In this document: piece after piece, positions 29,320-39,365 of the stretch
Position numbering within the stretch: the first letter of the stretch is position 1
Layout of the letters: every line of letters begins with the position of its first letter
Virus record (IMG/VR): IMGVR_UViG_3300046665_000548
Coordinates: 124,001 to 188,000 of that record
DNA: 64,000 nucleotides
Reading direction: 5' to 3' (one strand)
Program-made: the position numbers and the translations under genes
Notes under the pieces: model-generated
What the model saw: the letters and a program-made list of their open reading frames with translations, nothing else
The model's database searches: none
What the model was told of the DNA's origin: nothing

Positions 29320-29805
29320 ATGGGAAGGGTGATCATGAGTGACAATGCGACGTTTGCAACCATAGGGACGGGGGTGATAGCGGTTTTCTGTGCCTTCTTC
29401 TTCTGGATTTTCTGCCTCAATCATCTGGCAGTCCAAGAGGTCGGGATCACCTACAATTCGTGGACCGGCGATATTGGGGTGCAGCGTCAACCGGGCTGGC
29501 ATATCACTGGCCCGACAGTAAGTGTAGCCACGGTAAGCACGCTACCGACCCAGGTTTGCCTGTACGCGGGCAGTCGAATCACGAACTGTAAGCTCGTGCG
29601 GTTCAAAGCGACCGATGAGGCCGTGGCGGAGTTCGTGATGCAGCAGGGTTTCCACTACTACAATGGTGGGAACAGCAGGTCGAACTGTAACAACGGTGGC
29701 ACCTGCTCGGGAGTTCCGCTCATATTGAAGGGGTATGCGTTTAGCGGCGAGACTCCGAAATTCCTCGAAATTATCCGGGAAGAAAATCCCCTATCGAAAG
29801 GCTGA
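29320..29805 (+). CDS. membrane-anchored SPFH-like protein
   Basis: TM helix followed by EVGITYN...PGWH. Confidence 0.4.
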   Translation: MGRVIMSDNATFATIGTGVIAVFCAFFFWIFCLNHLAVQEVGITYNSWTGDIGVQRQPGWHITGPTVSVATVSTLPTQVCLYAGSRITNCKLVRFKATDEAVAEFVMQQGFHYYNGGNSRSNCNNGGTCSGVPLILKGYAFSGETPKFLEIIREENPLSKG

Positions 29806-30689
29806 ACTGATGGCACAGACGATTAACGATGACGCTGGCGAACCCCAGGCCACTGAACTGCTTGATGCAATTCTGACGCCTGAAATTCAGAACGCCATCG
29901 CAGAAGGGCGTCTCCGTTTCCAACTCAAGTACGAAATGTTTCGGGACGACATGAACGAAGAGACCTGCATGCGGCCCAATATTCTGATCGAACCCGCTTG
30001 ACAATTTGTGTTTCTCTGTTAGATTGAGTGTCTAACAGGGAGACGCTACGATGGCTGATCGACTCCGTATTACTGAGGCGGTTATCGCGAATCAGATCGA
30101 AGCCCATCATTACAAGGGCGACGACGGGTATCCGACCGCCAGCGTATTTTCTCCTGTCGGCGTCACGACCGAAGATGGTCGTGACTTTTTCTTTCCCATG
30201 GGGAAGAAGGTTGTCGATGAAGAGGGGTACGTATTTTACGCGCCGCGTTACGACGCCGTAACTTTTCGCGCCAAGGTCGAAGCGGAAGGCTCTATTGACC
30301 CTGATCTGTGGATCGAGGTTCTTCCAATCGATCTGGAAGCCGAGTTCGGCTGGCAGGCGGCTTGGCGCGAGCGCGAAGAAGATCGATGGGCTCATTGAGG
30401 GAGGATCGACAATGTATGCATGGGTACTAATTCTTACGCTGTACGGCGCAACCCAGCCTATCACGGTTTCAAATATCGAATCGGAGGATGGGTGCAGGAA
30501 GCTAGGCGAGCAGATTCTTAACGATCATTTCTCGGCCACGCCTGTGCCGCGCGCTGATAAGTCACCAATCAACTGTTACCGGTATCGCGCATCATATCGT
30601 TTTTAAACAAACACCTAGATTGGTCTCTTGACAGAGATCGATTTCGTGGGCAGTCTCGCTGATCTAATCTTACAACGGGGCTTTTTTAC

Positions 30690-31727
30690 ATGTTCAGACT
30701 TCTGACGTTTCTCGCAGGTATGTTCGCGGCGACATCTGCTCTTGCCGCAGTTGGCGACGCCTGCCAAGAACTCACCGGACTCCAGGTCGCGGTGGGCTTT
30801 GTCTCGTGGCTTGGCTTTCTCAAGGTCTTAGCCATCGTTATCGGCGTGGCCAGCGTTCTCGTCCTCGGCCGACATTACGTCATGCTTCTCGTGATGGCGT
30901 TCGCGATGATCCCCATCGTGGTCTACGAGGCATTGGGCTACGGCGCGGCTCTTACGCTGCTTTACTTTGCGACCAAGGTCGGGGCGGCCGATCAGTTCTG
31001 GTACGTGTTCGGTGGGGCTCTCTTCCTCGGCGGTATGTTCATGTTGACGTGTCGTCGGTTCGATAGTGAGAACCCGTCCATGTTCTTCGGCGTTCTCACC
31101 GCGCTGTGGGCTCCAATCGCGATCTACTTCAACAGCGATGCCGTGGGTTTCCTGGCCGTGCTATCGTTCATGGGTATGCTTGGCTTCTCAGCCGCAGTAA
31201 TCCCGATGGGCTATGTAGTTGGGTTCACCGACAAAGATTCTGTCGGCCGCGCTACTGCCGCTGCGTTCATCGTTACTGCCATGGCGACGTTCAACCATAT
31301 TATGACGAGCGGTGGAGCCAAGGTTCTGAACGTCACTGGCACGACGTACAACAACCCGTTCCAGTGGGGCGCGCTTTGGATTGGGCCGTTCGTCCTATTC
31401 TTGGGGCTCTTGATCGTGGCAAGCCGCTACTATGACTGGGCGGGCGGACGCGGCGGTCGTAGCAACAACTACATTGCTCGTCAGTTTCTTCCCATCGTGA
31501 TGGGAATCGTGGCGACGATGATCGGCACGACTTACGGGGTGCCTCATCTGGCCGGGATCGGCGGCACATTCTTTGTGCTTTACCTGATTGAAAAAGCCTC
31601 AGACATTCCAATCGATGGCATGGTAGGATATGCCACAGTTGGTTTGGTGACGGCATCCATTCTTGGAGTCGGCGTGTGGTGGGCGCAGCATCATATGGAC
31701 GTGATACAGCCATACTTGCTATTTTAG
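30690..31727 (+). CDS. multi-pass membrane protein
   Basis: About 10 hydrophobic segments, 345 aa. Confidence 0.75.
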   Translation: MFRLLTFLAGMFAATSALAAVGDACQELTGLQVAVGFVSWLGFLKVLAIVIGVASVLVLGRHYVMLLVMAFAMIPIVVYEALGYGAALTLLYFATKVGAADQFWYVFGGALFLGGMFMLTCRRFDSENPSMFFGVLTALWAPIAIYFNSDAVGFLAVLSFMGMLGFSAAVIPMGYVVGFTDKDSVGRATAAAFIVTAMATFNHIMTSGGAKVLNVTGTTYNNPFQWGALWIGPFVLFLGLLIVASRYYDWAGGRGGRSNNYIARQFLPIVMGIVATMIGTTYGVPHLAGIGGTFFVLYLIEKASDIPIDGMVGYATVGLVTASILGVGVWWAQHHMDVIQPYLLF

Positions 31728-31751
31728 GAAAACTAATTTTTGGAGTAATCT

Positions 31752-32333
31752 ATGTTGCGCGGCGTTATTTTAGTGTTTTTGTGTTTCTCTTCGATGGCCA
31801 ATGCGGCCGGTTATTTGAAAGTCGGAGAGGTAACGCGAGCGCCGCGCGGCTGGATAGAATTCTGCTCTGAAAATCCGAAAGAATGTGTCGTGGGCCAATA
31901 TCAGGCCCGCGACATCATTATTACGCAGACGGCGTGGAAGGATTTGGTACGGGTCAATCGTTGGGTCAACGAGACCATCAAGCCAATGACCGACATGGAC
32001 CATTGGGGTGTGATCGAGAAGTGGTCGCTACCGACTGATGGTTACGGCGATTGCGAAGATTACGTCTTGCTCAAGCGCAAAATGCTGATCGACGCTGGCT
32101 GGCCCCGCGAGGCGCTGCTTGTCGCCGTGGTGCGCGACAAGAAAAACGATGGCCATGCCGTGCTCATCGTGAAAACCGACAAAGGCGAGTATGCTCTGGA
32201 TAACCAGAACGAAAACGTTTTGCCGGTTGGAGAAACAGGGTATCGTTACGTAAAGCGTCAGTCGCAGACTGACGAAAATTCCTGGGTCTCGCTCGGTTAT
32301 TCGACGGGTCCGGAAGCTGTAGGCAGCAACTGA
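31752..32333 (+). CDS. bacterial transglutaminase-like cysteine proteinase (BTLCP, peptidase C93)
   Basis: Signal peptide, GDCEDYVLLKR, GHAVL, LDN catalytic triad. Confidence 0.92.
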   Translation: MLRGVILVFLCFSSMANAAGYLKVGEVTRAPRGWIEFCSENPKECVVGQYQARDIIITQTAWKDLVRVNRWVNETIKPMTDMDHWGVIEKWSLPTDGYGDCEDYVLLKRKMLIDAGWPREALLVAVVRDKKNDGHAVLIVKTDKGEYALDNQNENVLPVGETGYRYVKRQSQTDENSWVSLGYSTGPEAVGSN

Positions 32334-33398
32334 GGATTGCTATGCGAACCACACGGCAAGGCGGGATGATGCACGGTGGCCCATTCGGGGGCAAGGCCAT
32401 GGCCTATAATTCCCATTTGATTCCCGTGATCATCAATGGTCTACGTGTTGGGGCATATGTGTGGGACGAGGACCATTGGGTGTGGGAACGTGAATAATCG
32501 TTTCCAACCATGGCAATGCCAAAAATGCGGAGCACAGATCGGTTATCTCGGTCTGTTCTTCCAGAAATTCTTGGGGTGCTTCCTTTTCGTTGATTGCGAG
32601 AGGAAGAAATAACAACGGGGGTGTCATGTGTCGCAGTTTCTTGACGCGCTTAAGGACTTCTTCTCGTTCGGGAAGAACCGTCCTATTGTAATTTGCGTGA
32701 GGGTCGCTAATACGCGCGTGTGGCCTCCCTACCTTGATGAACGTTGCGAGGCAGTATGCTTTTCTTGCGACACAATGGTATCGTATGAAAAGAAGAATAC
32801 CCGATATAGAAAGCTCTGCTACGAGTGCCACTTGCAGGGGAGAGCTTGAGATTTGATTGGACTATAATGGCTAAGAAGAAGCTCGCGCGGCCTCCCGTGC
32901 GTTCAATTCGCAAGGACCTTCGCGAGTGTTTGAAAGAATGTGCTCACCGAGATGAACTGTATTCGTCTTCGGTGCATTGGGTAAAGATACTCGAAATCGA
33001 ACGTCGCAAAAAGCTAGCCAAGCTTCTCAGGCTGCAAATCAAAACATTCGCGAGAAAATCGTAATCAGCCACGAACCTACTGGTTCTCCAAACATCAGCA
33101 ATACACAAAACACAATGAGAAATGGCACTGCCAGACAACGGGCTTGCACGCGTTTTAGAATGTCCATCATCGCTCCTGTCTAATCATTTTGTTCATAGAT
33201 CGCATAGTGTTTAACTTGCGATCTATCTCTTTCAATTTATTCTGCAATTCGTCATTTTTGGTCAGCGTTGAATTGAAGCTCGCCATGCCGACCAAACACG
33301 TCAAAACGTCCAGTTCCTCGTTTGTGAATTTCGACATCATGTCCTCCCGTTGAAAGAATTTACTCGACTATCTACCAGATTTCGTTCTAAATAGGGTC

Positions 33399-33476
33399 AT
33401 GAAGAAGTTAGCCGTTCAGTTTTTGCGACTTATGAACCCGTCCGCCTTGGCGGCCGGGAACGATTTAGCGCACTGA
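33399..33476 (+). CDS. putative leuS leader peptide MKKLAVQFLRLMNPSALAAGNDLAH
   Basis: TAAATA 5 nt upstream; 5 Leu codons (TTA, TTG, CTT, TTG, TTA); followed by an SD-sequestering hairpin. Confidence 0.7.
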   Translation: MKKLAVQFLRLMNPSALAAGNDLAH

Positions 33477-33485
33477 CGGCATGCT

Positions 33486-33516
33486 CTCAAGAGTGTGTCG
33501 CCCACACACTTTTGAG
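33486..33516 (+). promoter_or_regulatory. 13-bp hairpin sequestering the leuS Shine-Dalgarno
   Basis: CTCAAGAGTGTGT/ACACACTTTTGAG includes GAG of GAGGA. Confidence 0.7.
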
Positions 33517-33522
33517 GACGAA

Positions 33523-34785
33523 ATGGAAAACGATTTTTACTGCACCGTCATGTTTCCGTATCCATCTGGAGCGGGACTGCACCTGGGCCATTACTACAAT
33601 TACGCGATCACCGACTCGTACTGCCGATGGCTGCGCTATCGCGGGCAGTCTGTGTTTCAACCATTCGGCTATGATGCCTTTGGTCTGCCCGCTGAGAACT
33701 ATGCACGCGAGATTGGCGGCGATCCGGCCGATGTGACGCGAGCGAACATTGCGCGTTTTCGCGTGCAAATGGATCGCATGAACACGCAGTTCGATGAGCG
33801 GCTGGTAACATGCGAGCCGCCATATGTGAAATGGACGCAGTGGCTGTTTCTGCGAATGCAGGAGCGCGGACTGGCTTACAAGGCTTGGGGTCGAGTGAAC
33901 TGGTGCCCATCGTGCGAAACCGTACTGGCTAATGAGCAGGTCCAAGACGGCCACTGCGAGCGCTGTAGTTCGGCCGTAGACCCACGAGAGATGAACCAGT
34001 GGTATTTCCGGATCACCGACTACAAAGACCGCCTGATTGCCGGACTGGATCATATCGATTATCCGGAAGGCACAAAGAAAATGCAGCGCGTCTGGCTGGA
34101 GAACCTGCAAGATTGGTGCGTGTCTCGTCAACGTAAATGGGGCTGCCCGATCCCGGTAGAGGGAGAAACGGATACCCTGGATACGTTCGTGGACTCGTCA
34201 TTTTACTTTCTGCGGTATCTGACCGATTCGACGGAGGAGTTTTTGCCAGAGGGTGCGTTCAAACAGGTCGATCTGTACGTGGGCGGGGCCGAGCATGCCT
34301 GTATGCATCTGATCTACGCGCGCTTTGTGCATATGTTTCTGTATGATATCGGCGTCGTTCCAGTTGAGGAGCCATTCAAAAAGGTCATTCACCAGGGCAT
34401 GATCACCAAGGATGGGGCAAAGATGTCCAAGTCCAAGGGAAACGCGGTCAACGCGGATGATTATGATGCGGATGAACTGCGGTTCTACCTGATGTTCCTG
34501 GGACATTACTTCGACGGTGGTGATTGGTCCGATCAACACATCACTGGCGTTCGTCGCTTTTTCGGCAAGATGAAACGTTGGATGAGCGAACCCGGCTCGG
34601 ATCAAATCGACACGTCTAAGTTCGAGGAACTGATCGACCGCAACACGCGAGCGTTCAAGTTCAACAAGGTGGTAAGCGGCTTCATGGAGTTCTATAATCA
34701 GAACAAATCACGTAAGCCTGATGCGGAAAGCTGTCAGAAAATCGAGACACTACTGCGAATATTCGCACCTGGATTCGGTAACTAA
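33523..34785 (+). CDS. leuS: leucyl-tRNA synthetase, minimal (no CP1 editing domain)
   Basis: MFPYPSGAGLHLGH, GYDAFGLPAEN, WCPSCETVLANEQV, DWCVSRQRKWG, DTFVDSS, KMSKS; only 420 aa. Confidence 0.9.
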   Translation: MENDFYCTVMFPYPSGAGLHLGHYYNYAITDSYCRWLRYRGQSVFQPFGYDAFGLPAENYAREIGGDPADVTRANIARFRVQMDRMNTQFDERLVTCEPPYVKWTQWLFLRMQERGLAYKAWGRVNWCPSCETVLANEQVQDGHCERCSSAVDPREMNQWYFRITDYKDRLIAGLDHIDYPEGTKKMQRVWLENLQDWCVSRQRKWGCPIPVEGETDTLDTFVDSSFYFLRYLTDSTEEFLPEGAFKQVDLYVGGAEHACMHLIYARFVHMFLYDIGVVPVEEPFKKVIHQGMITKDGAKMSKSKGNAVNADDYDADELRFYLMFLGHYFDGGDWSDQHITGVRRFFGKMKRWMSEPGSDQIDTSKFEELIDRNTRAFKFNKVVSGFMEFYNQNKSRKPDAESCQKIETLLRIFAPGFGN

Positions 34786-34834
34786 TGTCTGTGAAATTTT
34801 TGAAATACGTGCCGCGATGGCCAAAGCGGGTTGT

Positions 34835-34863
34835 TAGCCGGGCTCCTTTTTGGAGCCCGGTTA
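34835..34863. terminator. 12-bp hairpin downstream of leuS
   Basis: TAGCCGGGCTCC/GGAGCCCGGTTA. Confidence 0.5.
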
Positions 34864-35145
34864 CTCATCCAAGGTTACTGAGTAAAGGTTGGGGGCCGTT
34901 TCGTTCGGAATGGTATTCGTTCTGCTCTCGGCATCCATATCATGACGAGACCTGCGGCGCGTGTCACGCCGGAACATGGAATAACATCTATAAGCTGTGG
35001 ATTTCCAACAAAGTCCACGACTGGGCGTATCCGCTATGGTATTGGTGGAAGAACTCAAGGATATCGAAATGACTTTTGATCTCGGAATACCTCCATTCAC
35101 CCGCGCGCGGCATCGGGCCGCACCACCTCGCGGGTGGAGGATGAC

Positions 35146-35391
35146 ATGGCTAAACGAGCAGAACGACGACACCACCGTGCCCGCCTAAAGCAAGCGCGAA
35201 GCGGCTATCATGGAGCCGGAAAATATTGGACTCCAGACGAAAAGGTACTTTCACGTTGGGTTGACACACCGTGCCCATGTTCGTGCATGGGATGTGGCAA
35301 TCCGCGCCGTACTTCTTGGTCTACCGGAGAACGACTAACGATCCAGGAGCGCCGGTTCTTTTGCGCACCGATTGATCCCATGGAGATGTAA
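35146..35391 (+). CDS. small basic Cys-rich protein
   Basis: MAKRAERRHHRARLK...CSCMGCGNPRR...LTIQERR; GGAGG SD within a hairpin. Confidence 0.7.
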   Translation: MAKRAERRHHRARLKQARSGYHGAGKYWTPDEKVLSRWVDTPCPCSCMGCGNPRRTSWSTGERLTIQERRFFCAPIDPMEM

Positions 35392-36193
35392 TGCAGATCG
35401 AGAACCGCATTAGTATCATCAAGCGTCGCATCAGCGATCTTGAGCAACGATCAGAAGAAAATGGCGATCATGTTTACCAGTTAAGGGATGATATCTTGTC
35501 TGGAAAGATCAGCCAAAGTGAATTTACCGCTAGACTAGATCGGGTTCGCGAAGTACATTCCAGTCTTCGTGTCGAGCTTGATGCTTTGGCGCGCGAAGCT
35601 GGAGCGTTACGTGGAGCAATTACATCGTGATTATCTAGATATCTTGGCGAAGAAGTTTCGCGCCGAGGTAATGATCGTAACTGCCGATGCTTTTATTGAT
35701 AGGCATCTCGACACTGGTCTGACAATCGAAGACATGGCGACGCGGTTGAACACCAGCGCCGATGCGATTCGCCGTATGTTCGACATGAATGACCCCGCTA
35801 CCAAACGGGGTCTCGGTCTGTTGTCCGATATGTGCGCCGCTTTGGGATGCCGCCCGGTCGTTACCATTCGCGATATCGGCAGTCCTCCTGAAATCACTAC
35901 AGATCGCGAAACTCGTACCGGGGACCATCTGCTCCAAGTGGCGAAATCGCTCGGGTGGCCCGACGATGGCGAGGGCGCGCTTGAGTTCGTTATGCGGAGG
36001 ACACGTGAGGTTGCGCTCGAAGATGCAGCAGCCACGACCGCGCTCCGAGAGATCGCGTCTATCGGTGCCCAAATCACTGATCCGGACAACGTATACGGGG
36101 TTCAGATGACGAACCTTGCCATCGCCGCGTTGGCGCGTCCTCCTGGTTCACAAAACACTTGACGTTTTTCTAATTCCTGTCATTGGATACGGC

Positions 36194-38002
36194 ATGCACG
36201 AATATCGTTCCCATACTTGCGACTCGCTGTCGCCATCACAAATCGATCAGACAGTTCGCCTGTCCGGTTGGTGTCACCGTATCCGTAACCATGGTGGTAT
36301 CCTTTTCATCGATCTTCGCGATCACTACGGCATCACGCAGTGCGTGATCGATCCCGCAGTTCTCCCTCAGGCTGAAAGCCTTGGTGAAGAATGGGTGATT
36401 CGCGTCGATGGTACAGTGCGATTTCGACCCCCAGGTACCGAGAATTCAAAACTCTCGACAGGAGAGATCGAGGTAAAGGTAGCTTCGCTTGACGTGCTCG
36501 GACCGGTCGTCGGGGCGCTGCCGATGCCTGTCGCGCATCTCCATTCCACGAGCGACGGTACGTTGCAGGAAGTCGAATATCCAGAAGACCTTCGGTTGAA
36601 ATATCGATTCTTGGACCTTCGCCGCGAACGGCTGCACGAGAACATGATGAAGCGAATGAAAATCATTCGCTGGCTGCGTCATCGCATGGAGGACGAAGGC
36701 TTCTTCGAATTCCAGACGCCCATCCTTACCGCATCGTCCCCAGAAGGGGCGCGAGACTTTCTCGTGCCTGCTCGGTTGCATCCAGGCAAGTTCTACGCGT
36801 TGCCGCAGGCTCCGCAGCAGTTCAAGCAACTTACCATGGTTGCTGGCTTCGACCGATACTTTCAAATTGCGCCATGCTTCCGTGATGAAGCTGCACGTTC
36901 AGATCGGTCACCGGGCGAGTTCTATCAACTCGACATCGAAATGAGTTTCGTAACTCAGGAAGACGTGTTTCGGGTTGTCGAACCGACGATTCGAGATTTG
37001 TTCAAGGAGTTCGGCGGCGACAAAGCCATCACCGAGACCTTCCCGCGTATTCCGTACAAGGAAGCGTTGCTGCGTTTTGGTACCGATAAGCCAGACCTGC
37101 GTAACCCTCTGCGTATTGTGGACGTGTCCAAGGCTCTCCAAGCCGACGACATGACACTCGCCCCTTTCAAGAAAGGCGTCGGCAGAGCTATCGTTGTGCC
37201 AGCCGCGATGCTGGCCGGGAAGTCGCGCAAGTGGTTCAAGGATATGGAAGGCTGGGCACAATCCCAAGGCGCGGCCGGTTTAGGATATCTGAGCGTCATG
37301 CTGACCGATGGTCGCGTGAGCTTCGCTGGACCGCTTGCTAAGTTTTTCGGTGAGCAATCTAGCGAGTTGGTTCGCGTCGCCGCCGACACAATCTTTGACG
37401 AGGGAGATGTCATTTTCTTCGCCGTTGGCGAGGAAAGCTCCACCATCAAATTCAGTGGACTGCTTCGTACAAAGCTCGGAGAGGAGCTTGGTCTGATCGA
37501 GCAAGACCGGTTCGAGTTCTGCTGGATCGTGGATTATCCCATGTTCGAGTGGAATTCTGACGAGAAGAAGATCGACTTCTCCCACAACCCCTTCTCGATG
37601 CCTCAGGGCGGCCTGGAGGCGCTTGAGGGCGATCCATTAGGTGTTCTTGCCTATCAGTACGATATCGTCTGTAATGGCATCGAGCTTTCGTCTGGTGCCA
37701 TCCGGAACCATCGACCAGATATCATGGAGAAGGCGTTCTCCATCGCTGGCTACGACAAGGAGGTGTTGGAAGAAAAGTTCGGCGGCATGCTGAATGCATT
37801 CCGTTGCGGAGCACCACCGCATGGTGGAATTGCACCGGGTATCGACCGCATGGTTATGCTTCTGTGCGAAGCTGAGAACCTGCGCGATGTCGTGCTGTTC
37901 CCAATGAACCAGAAAGGACAAGACCTGATGATGGGCGCTCCGTCTTCAGTAACTGCAAAGCAACTTGACGAGTTGAATATCAGGATCATTCCGAGGAAAT
38001 AA
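36194..38002 (+). CDS. aspS: aspartyl-tRNA synthetase (non-discriminating type)
   Basis: [50 protein letters not shown]. Confidence 0.95.
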   Translation: MHEYRSHTCDSLSPSQIDQTVRLSGWCHRIRNHGGILFIDLRDHYGITQCVIDPAVLPQAESLGEEWVIRVDGTVRFRPPGTENSKLSTGEIEVKVASLDVLGPVVGALPMPVAHLHSTSDGTLQEVEYPEDLRLKYRFLDLRRERLHENMMKRMKIIRWLRHRMEDEGFFEFQTPILTASSPEGARDFLVPARLHPGKFYALPQAPQQFKQLTMVAGFDRYFQIAPCFRDEAARSDRSPGEFYQLDIEMSFVTQEDVFRVVEPTIRDLFKEFGGDKAITETFPRIPYKEALLRFGTDKPDLRNPLRIVDVSKALQADDMTLAPFKKGVGRAIVVPAAMLAGKSRKWFKDMEGWAQSQGAAGLGYLSVMLTDGRVSFAGPLAKFFGEQSSELVRVAADTIFDEGDVIFFAVGEESSTIKFSGLLRTKLGEELGLIEQDRFEFCWIVDYPMFEWNSDEKKIDFSHNPFSMPQGGLEALEGDPLGVLAYQYDIVCNGIELSSGAIRNHRPDIMEKAFSIAGYDKEVLEEKFGGMLNAFRCGAPPHGGIAPGIDRMVMLLCEAENLRDVVLFPMNQKGQDLMMGAPSSVTAKQLDELNIRIIPRK

Positions 38003-38014
38003 ACGGAGGATATC

Positions 38015-38176
38015 TTGCCAGCAGCACGTAAATCGAACAACGGACCTAGCTTCTCGAAGAAGTCTCTCACGAAGCCCCGCGCCGAGTATAGTGATCGAGT
38101 CAATCGACGTTGGGGAAACTTGAAGACCAGCAAGAGCACTAAGATCGGCAACCTGAAACGCTGGAGCCGTTGGTAA
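38015..38176 (+). CDS. small basic protein (53 aa, TTG start, not in ORF track)
   Basis: GGAGGA SD; MPAARKSNNG...KRWSRW. Confidence 0.6.
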   Translation: MPAARKSNNGPSFSKKSLTKPRAEYSDRVNRRWGNLKTSKSTKIGNLKRWSRW

Positions 38177-38182
38177 TTCCCA

Positions 38183-38371
38183 ATGGGTGATGGCTCTAAA
38201 AATGGCGTCGGAACGGGCATGCGCAAGCATGGCCGTTCCGGTCATAACGGAAAATCTCCGAAGATGCGTCACCACGAACGTCTCTTAGCTGAACGTAACG
38301 AGGTCAAGGATCGCACACGTCTGAAGGACCCCAAAGAATCGGTCTCTGACCTTTTCCATAAGAAACCCTGA
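38183..38371 (+). CDS. small basic protein
   Basis: K/R/H-rich 62 aa in an operon. Confidence 0.55.
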   Translation: MGDGSKNGVGTGMRKHGRSGHNGKSPKMRHHERLLAERNEVKDRTRLKDPKESVSDLFHKKP

Positions 38372-38652
38372 TGTTGGACAAGGACGAGGCGTCGCTTCTA
38401 AATTCAATCTACACGCGGTCTATGGAGCAGGGTCGTGAGTGGTTTCCTTGCATCTGCAAAAAACAAGCGAGAATGGATGCGAGCGTACGGCTTATCAAAG
38501 CCGGGTTAATTGCTGTCGGAGAACGCGAGCCGCACCATCAGAGACTTCCACATTATTGGAGGATTCTCGGCCTCACCGAACAGGGAAAATTTATCGCCAA
38601 ACTATCTGGTTTCGATCTAGACATTTCAGACGAAGATTGGTAAATAACAACG

Positions 38653-38697
38653 ATGAATTCCACTCTCACCTACTTTGAGGCGATACGCACGCTCTAA
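38653..38697 (+). CDS. putative leader peptide MNSTLTYFEAIRTL with an ATA codon
   Basis: TAAATA 6 nt upstream; ATA at 38683; hairpin and two AUA-type tRNAs directly downstream. Confidence 0.6.
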   Translation: MNSTLTYFEAIRTL

Positions 38698-38714
38698 CCC
38701 CGAAAGGGGCTTTT

Positions 38715-38806
38715 GGGCGTGACCTTAGGTAGGGCGAGGGATTTATATCCCCTTTCAGGCGGTAGATGACCGTTCGGCTGTTGAGGTTCGAATCCTCCCG
38801 CGCTCA
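38715..38806 (+). tRNA. atypical tRNA-Ile(TAT) with long variable arm
   Basis: GGGCGTG/CGCGCTC acceptor, loop TT-TAT-AT, GGTTCGAATCC T-loop; reduced D-arm, ends ACTA rather than ACCA. Confidence 0.65.
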
Positions 38807-38817
38807 CTACATTTTTC

Positions 38818-38892
38818 GGGGGTGTAGCTCAATGGTAGAGCCGTTCACTCATAATGGACCGGTCGCTGGTTCGATTCCAGCCGCCCCCACCA
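38818..38892 (+). tRNA. tRNA(CAT), most likely Ile2 (lysidine type)
   Basis: Loop CT-CAT-AA; CTCATAAT...GGTCGCTGGTTC resembles E. coli Ile2; paired 1-72, so not an initiator. Confidence 0.85.
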
Positions 38893-39365
38893 TAAATGTC
38901 TCAAACGCAGTCTTGGGCGTGTATTCGTTGTCGTGAAACTCAAAGAGAAGTCCCTATGAAGAAGTTTCTGAAGACGATCATCGATCCGAACTGGCGACCG
39001 CATGATGGACCTATTCCGTTCATGAGAAATTACGGCGCGGCAATTGTCGCGATTGATCTGGCAATCATCATCGCTATCTTATTGCGAAAGATAGTAGGGT
39101 TGTCGCTATAGTCGTTTCATGTCAGATCATCTCGCATATGCATTCGTAATGGAAACCTTCCTCAAGCGGGAGCGCATTGGTTACAGCCGCCGTAACGCGG
39201 CGACCTCCAACAGCATTTACTTTCGACTGCAAGGGAAACGCCATCCATACACACTGCGGATCAGCGATCACGCAGCGATAGAAGAGAAATCCGAAACAGG
39301 ATGGGCAAGGTCTCCGGATTTCAACATCCAATCCTTTGCCGATCTAAAACGGGTTCAAACTACTC

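Noticed and set aside
36100-36194. Asp/Asn leader peptide before aspS
   Set aside because: No uORF or hairpin; a TTGACG promoter sits directly upstream
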